Assembly: GCA_037481815.1 (NCBI GenBank)
Contig: JBBFKX010000003.1
Span: forward strand, 160,001-224,000
DNA: 64,000 bases
Source of the DNA: a candidate division WOR-3 bacterium
GTDB lineage: Bacteria; Hydrothermota; 32-111
Direction: 5' to 3'
This document shows, piece after piece, positions 11,520-19,947 of this stretch; the stretch's first letter is position 1, and each line of letters opens with the position of its first letter. Position numbers and translations under genes: made by a program. The notes beneath the pieces are model-generated. The model was not told the origin of the DNA. It worked only from the letters and a program-made list of their open reading frames with translations, and made no database searches.

Positions 11520-11553
11520 AAAAAATAAAAATGGGCAGATATTGAATCTGCCC
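11520..11553 (-). terminator. Intrinsic terminator of tracrRNA
   Basis: Perfect 8-bp stem 11533-11540/11546-11553 followed on the minus strand by ATTTTTATTTTT. Confidence 0.8.
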
Positions 11554-11600
11554 GCTGAGCCCCGTAGGGCTTAACAGTTCGGCTTACGCCTTACTGGGAC

Positions 11601-11628
11601 TTGACTACAAAACCATTTTAAGTAGAAT
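11601..11628 (+). promoter_or_regulatory. Putative cas9-cas1-cas2 promoter embedded in the anti-repeat DNA
   Basis: TTGACT (11601-11606), 16 bp, TAGAAT (11623-11628); ends 47 bp before the cas9 ATG. Confidence 0.6.
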
Positions 11629-11636
11629 TTAAAAAT

Positions 11637-11664
11637 ATTTTAACTATTTAAAAATTTTTGTCAA
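11637..11664 (-). promoter_or_regulatory. Putative tracrRNA promoter
   Basis: TTGACA (11664-11659), 16 bp, TAAAAT (11642-11637); predicted start about 11630, at the 5' end of the anti-repeat. Confidence 0.7.
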
Positions 11665-11675
11665 GGGGGAATTTT

Positions 11676-14600
11676 ATGAAGTATGTTCTTGGTCTTGATC
11701 TTGGATACAATTCAATCGGCTGGGCTATTTTAGAACAGGATGAAAATGGTAATCCTGTAAAACTTATAAATACAGGTGTTAGATTGTTTGATCCTTCAGT
11801 AGAAGACATGGAAAAGGATGGAAAGGGAAAAACAAAAAATGTCACAAGAAGAGAGGCAAGATTAAGAAGAAGACAACTTTTTAGAAAAACGAAACGACTT
11901 GAAAAACTTTTAAATTTTTTTATAGAAAATAATTTTTTCGAAGATCAAAAAGAAAAGATTTATGATTCTTTTGAAAGGGACGAATTTTTATCCAAACTTG
12001 ATAAAGAATTGTTAAATCCTTATATTTAAGAAGAAAAGGTCTTGATGAAAAACTTGAATTAAAAGAACTCGCAAGGATATTTTACCATATTGCACAACAT
12101 AGAGGTTTTAAAACAACAAAACGAGAACTTGCAAAGATGGAAGATAATAATGAAAAGAAAAAAGAGTCAGGTATTGTGCAGAGTGAGATAAATTCTCTTG
12201 CTGAACAAATAAAACAATCTGGCAGTAGAACTTTGGGAGAATATTTTGCAACACTTTTTGAAAAAGGAGAAAGAATCAGAGGAAAACATACAAGCAGAAA
12301 AATGTATGAAGAGGAGTTTGAGCAGATTTTTAAAAAACAGAAAGAGTTCTATCCAGAAATTTTAACAGATGATTTTAAGAAAAAACTTTACAAACTCATT
12401 TTCTTCCAGAGAGAATTGAAAAGCCAGAAAGATAAAGTTGGAGAATGTATTCTTGAAAAAGGTAAAAAAAGAGCACCCATTGCTCTCCTTGATTCTCAAA
12501 GGTTCAGATATATGTGCAAGGTAAACAATTTGAAACTGATTGATAAAGATACCGGAGAAATAACAGAGTTAACAAAAGAAGAAAAACAGAAAATTTTCAA
12601 TGAACTCGAAAACAATGAAAAACTGACTTTTGATAAGATAAAAAAACTTCTTGGTATAAAAGACAAAGAAAGATTCATTTTCAATATAGAGAAAGGTGGA
12701 GAAAAACATATCACTGGAAACAGAACAAATGTGAAGATGAAAAAGGTTTTTGATGATTGGGACAATTTTGATGAAGAGAAAAAGAACTCCATGATAAACG
12801 AAATCAGAACAATTGTAAAAATAGAAGCACTCGAAAGAAGAGGTTTAAAACTTGGATTTTCCCCTGAACAGGCAAAAAAATTCTCTCAGGTTGTTTTTGA
12901 AGATGGATATTTGAGTTATTCAAAAAAGGCGATCGAAAAACTTTTACCATTTTTAAAAGAAGGTTACAAAGAATATGATGCAATAAAAAAAGTTTACTCT
13001 GTTGAACTTGATAATCCAATACACGAAGAATTTGATTTTCTCCCTGAGATAGAAGATGTCATTCAAGTTAGAAATCCACTCGTTGAAAGAACCCTCTCTG
13101 AAACAAGATATCTTGTGAATTTTCTGATAAAAAAATATGGAAAACCAGAAACAATAAAAATAGAACTTGCAAGAGAATTGAAACTTTCAAATAAACAGAA
13201 AGAACAAAAAGTAAAGGAGAATCGAGAAAACAGGAAAAGAAGAGAGGATGCAATAGAAAAAATAAAAAATGATTTAAACATAACCGAACCAACAGAAGAT
13301 CAGATTTTAAGATACCTTCTTGCAGAAGAATGTGGTTGGCATTGCCCTTATACTGGAAAATCTATTAATATAAACGACCTTTTGGGTCCTCATCCATTAT
13401 TTGATATTGAGCATATAATTCCATTTGATAGATCTCTTGATAACTCTTTCTTAAACAAAACTCTCTGCTACTCAGAAGAAAACAGAAATGTAAAACACAA
13501 CAAAACACCCTATGAAGCATATTTTGGGACCGATAAGTGGGAAGCAATAATTGAAAGAGTAAAAAAATTCAATGGAAACGCCCGACTTGAAAAATTGAGA
13601 AGATTTCAGATGACACCAGAACAGGTTGAAAAACATTTTGAAGATTTTTCATCTCAATATTTGAACGACACAAGATACGCTTCAAAAGAAGCAAAAAAAT
13701 ATCTTGGTTTACTCTATGGTGGAATAAAAGATGATGGAATGGATAATAAAGGAAAAAGAAGAGTCATTGCAAGTTCTGGAAGAGTTACTTCAACATTAAG
13801 AAAAGCCCTTGGATTGAATACAATTTTAAACGAAGAAGATTTCAAAATAAGAGATGACCATCGCCAGCATGCTATTGATGCTATAACAATAGCGTTAACT
13901 GATAATTCAACTATCAAAAAAATTTCTGATGCTGCAAAAAAAGAAAAATCTTTAGAAAAACTTTTCAAAAACTATCCTCTTCCATGGGAAAATTTCAGGC
14001 AGGAGGTTGAAGAAAAAATTACAAACCTTCTCGTTTCAAGAAAAGTTAACAAAAAAGTTTCAGGTCAGATACATGATGAAACATATTACAAAAAACCATT
14101 TGAAGAGAACGGTCAATCTTATACACACAAAAGAGTTAATTTGGAAAGTTTAAGTGAAAAAGATATTGACAATATAGTTGATGAAAGAATAAAAGAGATT
14201 GTAAAAACAACTCTAAACGGAGAAGATCCTAAAATCAAATTCAAAGATCCTAAAAATCATCCTTATGTCGAACAAAAAGATGGAAAAAAAGTTCAAATAC
14301 ATAAGGTTACAATAAAAACCAAATTTGAAACTTATAATGAAATTGGCCCAGAAAAAGCGAAAAGATATGTTCAATCAGCAGATAGCCATCATATTGAAAT
14401 CTTTGAAGATTTGAAAACAGGCAAATGGGATGGATATGTTGTTTCTCTACTTGAGGCATACAAAAGAAAACAGAAAAATCTTCCAATCATAAACAGGAAC
14501 TTCGGAGAGAACAAAAAATTCTTATTTTCTCTTGCAAAAGGAGAGGTTATCGAACTTGATACTGAAGAGGGGAAAAGAGAGTTGTATGTTATAAAAAGAA

Positions 14601-14773
14601 TAGCAGGGAACAATAAACAATTGTTGTTCACTAAAATCCATGATGCAAGAAAATCTGATGAAATTAATAAAAACCCAAAAGGGCTAACAGCTGTTCCATC
14701 TGGACTACAGGCAAGAAATTGTAAAAAAGTTGTTATAAATATTCTTGGAGAAAAACATTACGCAAATGATTGA
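11676..14773 (+). pseudogene. cas9: Type II-C Cas9, frameshifted at about 12026 (about 1032 aa if repaired)
   Basis: RuvC-I YVLGLDLG and Arg-rich bridge helix in ORF 11676-12029. The -1 frame continues LRRKGLDEKL...HIAQHRGF into the 12137-14773 ORF, which carries IELAR, HNH DIEHIIP...N and RuvC-III DHRQHAIDA. Confidence 0.93.
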
Positions 14774-15686
14774 AAAAATAGTTGAGATTTCAGAAGGACC
14801 TGTAAAACTTTCTTCTGAGTATGAACAACTGATAGTATCAAAAAATGGAAGTGAAATTTTAAAAATTCCTTTAAATGAAATCGCTGTTATTCTAATTTCA
14901 ACTCCACTTGCTTCAATTTCAACAAATGTAATTTCTCTAATAACCAAAAATAAAGGGATGATTGTAACCTGTGATCAATTCTATCTTCCAGTTGGTGTAT
15001 TTTTACCTTATGAACTCAATTACATTCAATATGAAAGAATACAAAAACAGATTAACGCTTCTTTGCCATTAAAAAAACAACTCTGGAAACAGATAATTTC
15101 AGAGAAAATAAATTCTCAGGCATCAGTTTTAAAAAAACATAAAGGAAACGATTTTGGACTTTTCTACATTTCACAAAAAGTTCAATCAGGTGATTCAACA
15201 AACCTTGAAGCATACTCTTCAAAAATCTACTGGAAACAACTTTTTGGAGAAAAATTCAAACGCGATAAAGATCTACCTGGTGTTAATTCTATTTTAAACT
15301 ATGGTTATACAATTTTAAGAGCGATGACAGCAAGAGCGGTCTGTTCTTCTGGATTAAATCCAACACTTGGTATATTCCATCATAATAAATACAATACCTT
15401 CTGTCTTGCTGACGATCTTATGGAACCATATAGGCCTATAGTTGATGAGTTAACTTATAAGTTGATGATCAACTCAGGAATACAACTCTTTTTAACAAAA
15501 GAGTTAAAAAAAGAAATCATCGAACAACTTCTGGACAAAAAATTTGAAGTTAACAAAGAAAATTATTCACTTAACGAGTCACTGTTTAAATTAGCATCAT
15601 CTCTTGTAAATGTTTATAATGGAAAAGAGAAAAAGTTAAATATTCCAACACCTTATGAAAAGGAAAAAAACACCAACACAAAATAA
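14766..15686 (+). CDS. cas1: Type II CRISPR-associated endonuclease Cas1
   Basis: LWKQII, SGDSTNLEA, NSILNYGYTILR, LGIFH and FCLADDLMEPYRP motifs; overlaps the cas9 end. Confidence 0.95.
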   Translation: MIEKIVEISEGPVKLSSEYEQLIVSKNGSEILKIPLNEIAVILISTPLASISTNVISLITKNKGMIVTCDQFYLPVGVFLPYELNYIQYERIQKQINASLPLKKQLWKQIISEKINSQASVLKKHKGNDFGLFYISQKVQSGDSTNLEAYSSKIYWKQLFGEKFKRDKDLPGVNSILNYGYTILRAMTARAVCSSGLNPTLGIFHHNKYNTFCLADDLMEPYRPIVDELTYKLMINSGIQLFLTKELKKEIIEQLLDKKFEVNKENYSLNESLFKLASSLVNVYNGKEKKLNIPTPYEKEKNTNTK

Positions 15687-16005
15687 CAGATACCATTCGA
15701 TGTGGATTTTAGCACTTTTCGATTTACCAACATTAACAAAAGAGGACAGAAAAAATTACAGGGACTTTAGAAAAGAACTTTTAAAATCTGGTTTTGAACA
15801 ATTACAATTTTCTGTGTATGCAAGATATGTCGGTGACGAAAAAAGAGCGGAAACATTTAAAAACAAAATAAAATCGGTTGTTCCACCAAAAGGTGAAGTC
15901 AGAATAATCTGTTTAACAGATATCCAGTTTGGAAAGATGGAAGTATATTATCAAAATTCCAGGAAAAAACCTGAAAAGAAACTTGAACAACTTCTACTTT
16001 TTTAA
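15655..16005 (+). CDS. cas2: CRISPR-associated endoribonuclease Cas2
   Basis: MWILALFDLP, YRDFRKELLKSGFEQLQFSVY, PPKGEVR and C-terminal QLLLF. Start may be 15700. Confidence 0.95.
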   Translation: MKRKKTPTQNNRYHSMWILALFDLPTLTKEDRKNYRDFRKELLKSGFEQLQFSVYARYVGDEKRAETFKNKIKSVVPPKGEVRIICLTDIQFGKMEVYYQNSRKKPEKKLEQLLLF

Positions 16006-16019
16006 TCCAGTTTTAACAA

Positions 16020-16055
16020 TAAACCCTCTCATTGTGTGAACTTAAGAGAGGGTCT
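16020..16055 (-). terminator. Hairpin between cas2 and the array; likely terminator of array transcripts and part of the leader
   Basis: ACCCTCTC (16023-16030) pairs with GAGAGGGT (16046-16053); followed on the minus strand by TTATTGTT. Confidence 0.55.
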
Positions 16056-17742
16056 ATTCTACTTGAAATGGTTTTGTGGTCAAGCCCCAGCAAAGTTTTA
16101 TGCATAGATTCTAAAATTAGTATTCTACTTGAAATGGTTTTGTGGTCAAGCCCCAGCGAAAAATCCTTTGACTTTTCTACAATGCTTATTCTACTTGAAA
16201 TGGTTTTGTGGTCAAGCCCCAGCGCGATTATATTCTTCAAAACAAAATCCTCTATTCTACTTGAAATGGTTTTGTGGTCAAGCCCCAGCTAAACTATGAC
16301 AATAGTGAGGATACTGCTAATTCTACTTGAAATGGTTTTGTGGTCAAGCCCCAGCAACCTTCTTTTGATAATGTCAATATGATAAATTCTACTTGAAATG
16401 GTTTTGTGGTCAAGCCCCAGCGGGATAGCGGAGCAATAGAAAGTGATGCATATTCTACTTGAAATGGTTTTGTGGTCAAGCCCCAGCCAAATAAGAGATG
16501 ATATAGAAGTACTATATATTCTACTTGAAATGGTTTTGTGGTCAAGCCCCAGCTACTCGCTTCTTTCAAGGATGAAAAATAAAATTCTACTTGAAATGGT
16601 TTTGTGGTCAAGCCCCAGCGCTGGAGTTTGTTTCAAGTAATGACTCACCATTCTACTTGAAATGGTTTTGTGGTCAAGCCCCAGCAACTTATGAGGTTTA
16701 TAAAAAATTAAACGAATTCTACTTGAAATGGTTTTGTGGTCAAGCCCCAGCAAAAAAATGTTTTATATATAATAGAAACAAATTCTACTTGAAATGGTTT
16801 TGTGGTCAAGCCCCAGCAGCTTTGAACCCGGTTTATACAGTATTCATATTCTACTTGAAATGGTTTTGTGGTCAAGCCCCAGCCAATTCTTGTGCTTTGT
16901 TTTCAAGTGTGTTATTCTACTTGAAATGGTTTTGTGGTCAAGCCCCAGCAAAGGAATAGGTGTTGGTTTAGGGGCTGGTATTCTACTTGAAATGGTTTTG
17001 TGGTCAAGCCCCAGCCATAGATGGGTCTGATGCATACCCAGATAAATTCTACTTGAAATGGTTTTGTGGTCAAGCCCCAGCTGTTTAATTTGCTTCCTGT
17101 ATTGTAATATTATTCTACTTGAAATGGTTTTGTGGTCAAGCCCCAGCCAAAAACCAAAATGACAGATGTTGAAAGTGATTCTACTTGAAATGGTTTTGTG
17201 GTCAAGCCCCAGCCATAGATGGGTCTGATGCATACCCAGATAAATTCTACTTGAAATGGTTTTGTGGTCAAGCCCCAGCTGTTTAATTTGCTTCCTGTAT
17301 TGTAATATTATTCTACTTGAAATGGTTTTGTGGTCAAGCCCCAGCCAAAAACCAAAATGACAGATGTTGAAAGTGATTCTACTTGAAATGGTTTTGTGGT
17401 CAAGCCCCAGCTATCGATTTGGTTTTGTAATAACATGGTTAATTCTACTTGAAATGGTTTTGTGGTCAAGCCCCAGCCTCGAGTTTGTTTCAAGTAATGA
17501 CTCACCAATTCTACTTGAAATGGTTTTGTGGTCAAGCCCCAGCACCCGGCTTCAATGTTTTTATCTGTATTGAATTCTACTTGAAATGGTTTTGTGGTCA
17601 AGCCCCAGCTCGACTGCACTGGAGATGCTGTTGTTGGAGAATTCTACTTGAAATGGTTTTGTGGTCAAGCCCCAGCTCATTTTTTTGTAAAACTTCCTTA
17701 AAAAATATTCTACTTGAAATGTTTTTGTGGTCAAGCCCCAGC
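16056..17742 (-). CRISPR. CRISPR array: 26 repeats of 36 bp (minus-strand GCTGGGGCTTGACCACAAAACCATTTCAAGTAGAAT) and 25 spacers (24 of 30 bp, one of 31 bp)
   Basis: 66-bp periodicity counted directly; the only variant repeat is 17707-17742. Orientation inferred from tracrRNA complementarity and the repeat-internal promoter. Confidence 0.98.
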
Positions 17743-17770
17743 TAAGAAGTATATTGTTAAATTGTTATTG

Positions 17771-18058
17771 GGGACGGTGCTTGACTTTTTGACTTTTTTT
17801 TGTAACTTTATTTTTTTACGAAACTTAAAATTGATATAAATTTTTAGTTTTTTTTAATTTTTTTAAAACAAAAAAGTAAACTTTTTTATTCAATATCTTT
17901 TTTTGCCTTTGTTTATGATAGTTTCGGAATAATATAAATAGTGAAAATACAACAAAAACCTTAAAAAAATAAATAAAATTCTAACAGTTTTTTTTCGTAT
18001 AACTTATTTTAAAACAATAAGTTAAAATATTTACTGTCAAAAAGTCAAGCACCGTCCC
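17771..18058. mobile_element. 288-bp MITE/REP-like element with 23-bp perfect terminal inverted repeats
   Basis: GGGACGGTGCTTGACTTTTTGAC at 17771-17793 and its reverse complement at 18036-18058; very AT-rich non-coding interior; no target-site duplication seen. Confidence 0.55.
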
Positions 18059-18117
18059 TAAGTTTATTTTTATATTAAAATCTTGTTTTATCTTAAATAA
18101 CCTGTTATAATTATTTT

Positions 18118-18312
18118 ATGAAAAAACCTGTAAAAATTCTAAAGCAAAAGGAAAAAGCAGAATTTAATCGAAGTGTCTGGCATAACATGACTCCTGATGA
18201 AAGATTACAGATTGTTGAAAAATTAAAAGAAAATTATGTCAAAAGTTTTTTAAACAAAAATGCACAAGGATTTAAAAGAGTTTTTAAAAAGTTTAAACGA
18301 AAAAAAAGTTGA
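18118..18312 (+). CDS. Small protein (64 aa), putative partner of the downstream nucleotidyltransferase
   Basis: WHNMTPDERL motif of small proteins that typically precede such nucleotidyltransferases; TGnTATAAT ends 6 nt before the ATG. Confidence 0.5.
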   Translation: MKKPVKILKQKEKAEFNRSVWHNMTPDERLQIVEKLKENYVKSFLNKNAQGFKRVFKKFKRKKS

Positions 18313-18694
18313 TTACATGATTGTTGGAGGAATAGCAGTAGCATATTACGGTTATCCCCGCTACACTGGTGATATAGACATCTGGATAAAAAAGTCAAAA
18401 GAAAATGCTCAAAAAGTTATTGAGGTGGTAAAAAATTTTGGCTATTCAAATATCGATTTATCACTTGAGGATCTCCTTGAAGATAATATGGTTTTTCAAT
18501 TCGGAGTTGAACCAAATAGAAACGATTTAATCACAGATCTGGATGGTATAACTTTTGAAAAAGCAGAGAAAAATAAACAATTGATATCTCTTTAAAACAT
18601 TTCAGTTTATATTGTTTCTCTTGAAGATTTAAAGAAAAATAAAAAGGCATCAGGAAGATATAAAGATCTTGATGATATTGAAAATCTTCCGTGA
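18260..18694 (+). pseudogene. Nucleotidyltransferase-fold protein (DUF6036-like) with in-frame TAA at 18593-18595
   Basis: YMIVGGIAVAYYGYPRYTGDIDIW motif; the same frame continues after the stop with NISVYIVSLEDLKKNKKASGRYKDLDDIENLP, the expected C-terminus. Confidence 0.75.
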
Positions 18695-18800
18695 TATATA
18701 AATAATCGCAATGTGTATTTTATTGTTATTTTTTGATATTAAAATTTAAAAGAAGCTCTGATTTAAGGGGACAGGTGTTTCAAAGTTCCAAGATCTAATC

Positions 18801-19784
18801 TCAAAATTTTGGAAATACCTCCATGCCATTTTTGTTGAGGTATTTTGTAACACCAACACTACCATTCTCTTTATACTGAAAAATTTCAACAGCATACCCA
18901 TAAACATTGTTCACAAGCATATCCTCTTCATCAGTATAAAAAATCTTTTCAAGTTGTCCTTTTGAGTTGTAAACAAAGCCCTTTTTTGCATAACCAACAA
19001 TAAAACTCTCTTTCAAATTGCCTTTCTCATCATGATAACTTTCTTCGATTTTTCTCCCCTTACTATCATATTTCCATCTTTTTATTGGGACATAAAGTTC
19101 GTTGGCACCTTTTAAACTATCATTTTTATCATAAAAACTTTCCTCTATCAATCTTCCATTGTTATCATATTTCCATTTGATTTTAGCACATCCGTATAAA
19201 TCCTCTGCAATTTCTCCATTTTCAAAATGTTGTTGTTCAACACATCTTCCATCTGAATCATACAAAAATCTGTATTCTGCAACTCCACAATAATCTTTAA
19301 CCTGATTTCCATTTTCGTCAAAATTTATGTTTTGAACAACATGTTTTAAATCTTTTCCTTTTTTATCTTTGAACACCTGATAGAAAAATTTCATTCTATA
19401 TACACCATCACTCGTTTTGATCTGATTATCATCTTTATCTTTAAAAATAAACTCTTTACCTAAACTATCATAATTAATAATAATCTTCGCAACACCAAAT
19501 ATTCCACCATTTTTCAGTTTGTTTTGCTGATAATACTCTATCGTCTTCAAAAGGTCATTTTCATATTTGAAACGATAATACTCAAAATAATTTTCAGGAT
19601 TTTTCAGTTCATCAACTCCAACAAATTCAAAATTCGTTGAAACCCCATAATCAAAACTAAGATAAGTGATTTCTTTCTGGTTCTGATTGCAATTGACTTT
19701 GCAAACATTTCCAACACACTCCCCTGCAGTTAGAAATAAATTTAATACAAAACCTATAATAATGAATAAAAAATTTCTTTTCAT
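18801..19784 (-). CDS. Secreted protein with YD/RHS-like repeats
   Basis: Signal peptide; repeats FLYDSDGRCVEQ, WKYDNNGRLIEESFYD, WKYDSKGRKIEESYHD, VYNSKGQL. Confidence 0.6.
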   Translation of the reverse strand: MKRNFLFIIIGFVLNLFLTAGECVGNVCKVNCNQNQKEITYLSFDYGVSTNFEFVGVDELKNPENYFEYYRFKYENDLLKTIEYYQQNKLKNGGIFGVAKIIINYDSLGKEFIFKDKDDNQIKTSDGVYRMKFFYQVFKDKKGKDLKHVVQNINFDENGNQVKDYCGVAEYRFLYDSDGRCVEQQHFENGEIAEDLYGCAKIKWKYDNNGRLIEESFYDKNDSLKGANELYVPIKRWKYDSKGRKIEESYHDEKGNLKESFIVGYAKKGFVYNSKGQLEKIFYTDEEDMLVNNVYGYAVEIFQYKENGSVGVTKYLNKNGMEVFPKF

Positions 19785-19910
19785 AAATCTCCTTTATTTT
19801 TCTAAATTCTATAAAAAAAAATAAAATGTTCAATACTTAATTAAAAAAATTTTTGAGAAAAACCTGATTGTTTGATACATTTCAATCTATAAATCTATTA
19901 TGGATTAAAT

Positions 19911-19937
19911 AAAGGGACAGGCAATTCTGTCCCTTTT
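19911..19937. terminator. Bidirectional terminator-like hairpin downstream of the LVIVD gene
   Basis: AAAGGGACAG (19911-19920) pairs with CTGTCCCTTT (19927-19936). Confidence 0.7.
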
Positions 19938-19947
19938 ATCAATTAAA

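Larger units (their letters stand above)
11520..11630 (-). ncRNA. tracrRNA of the type II-C system
   Basis: Anti-repeat at 11593-11628 matches the repeat at 32/36 positions. On the minus strand it is followed by hairpins GGC-GTAA-GCC and GCCC-TACG-GGGC, then terminator stem GGGCAGAT/ATCTGCCC and a T-rich tail. Confidence 0.9.

Noticed and set aside
11593..11628. Isolated repeat copy as an orphan mini-array
   Set aside because: Better explained as the tracrRNA anti-repeat, given the downstream hairpins, terminator and upstream promoter.
12015..12035. Programmed ribosomal frameshift in cas9
   Set aside because: No X XXY YYZ slippery heptamer or obvious downstream structure at the junction.
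16092..17706. Self-targeting spacers within this window
   Set aside because: No match found by eye. This is not exhaustive and needs an alignment search against the whole genome.
16013..17745. Many short ORFs with repeating peptides (LGLDHKTISSR, ILLEMVLWSSPS) across the array
   Set aside because: They are translations of the 66-bp repeat-spacer period, which is a multiple of 3; not genes.
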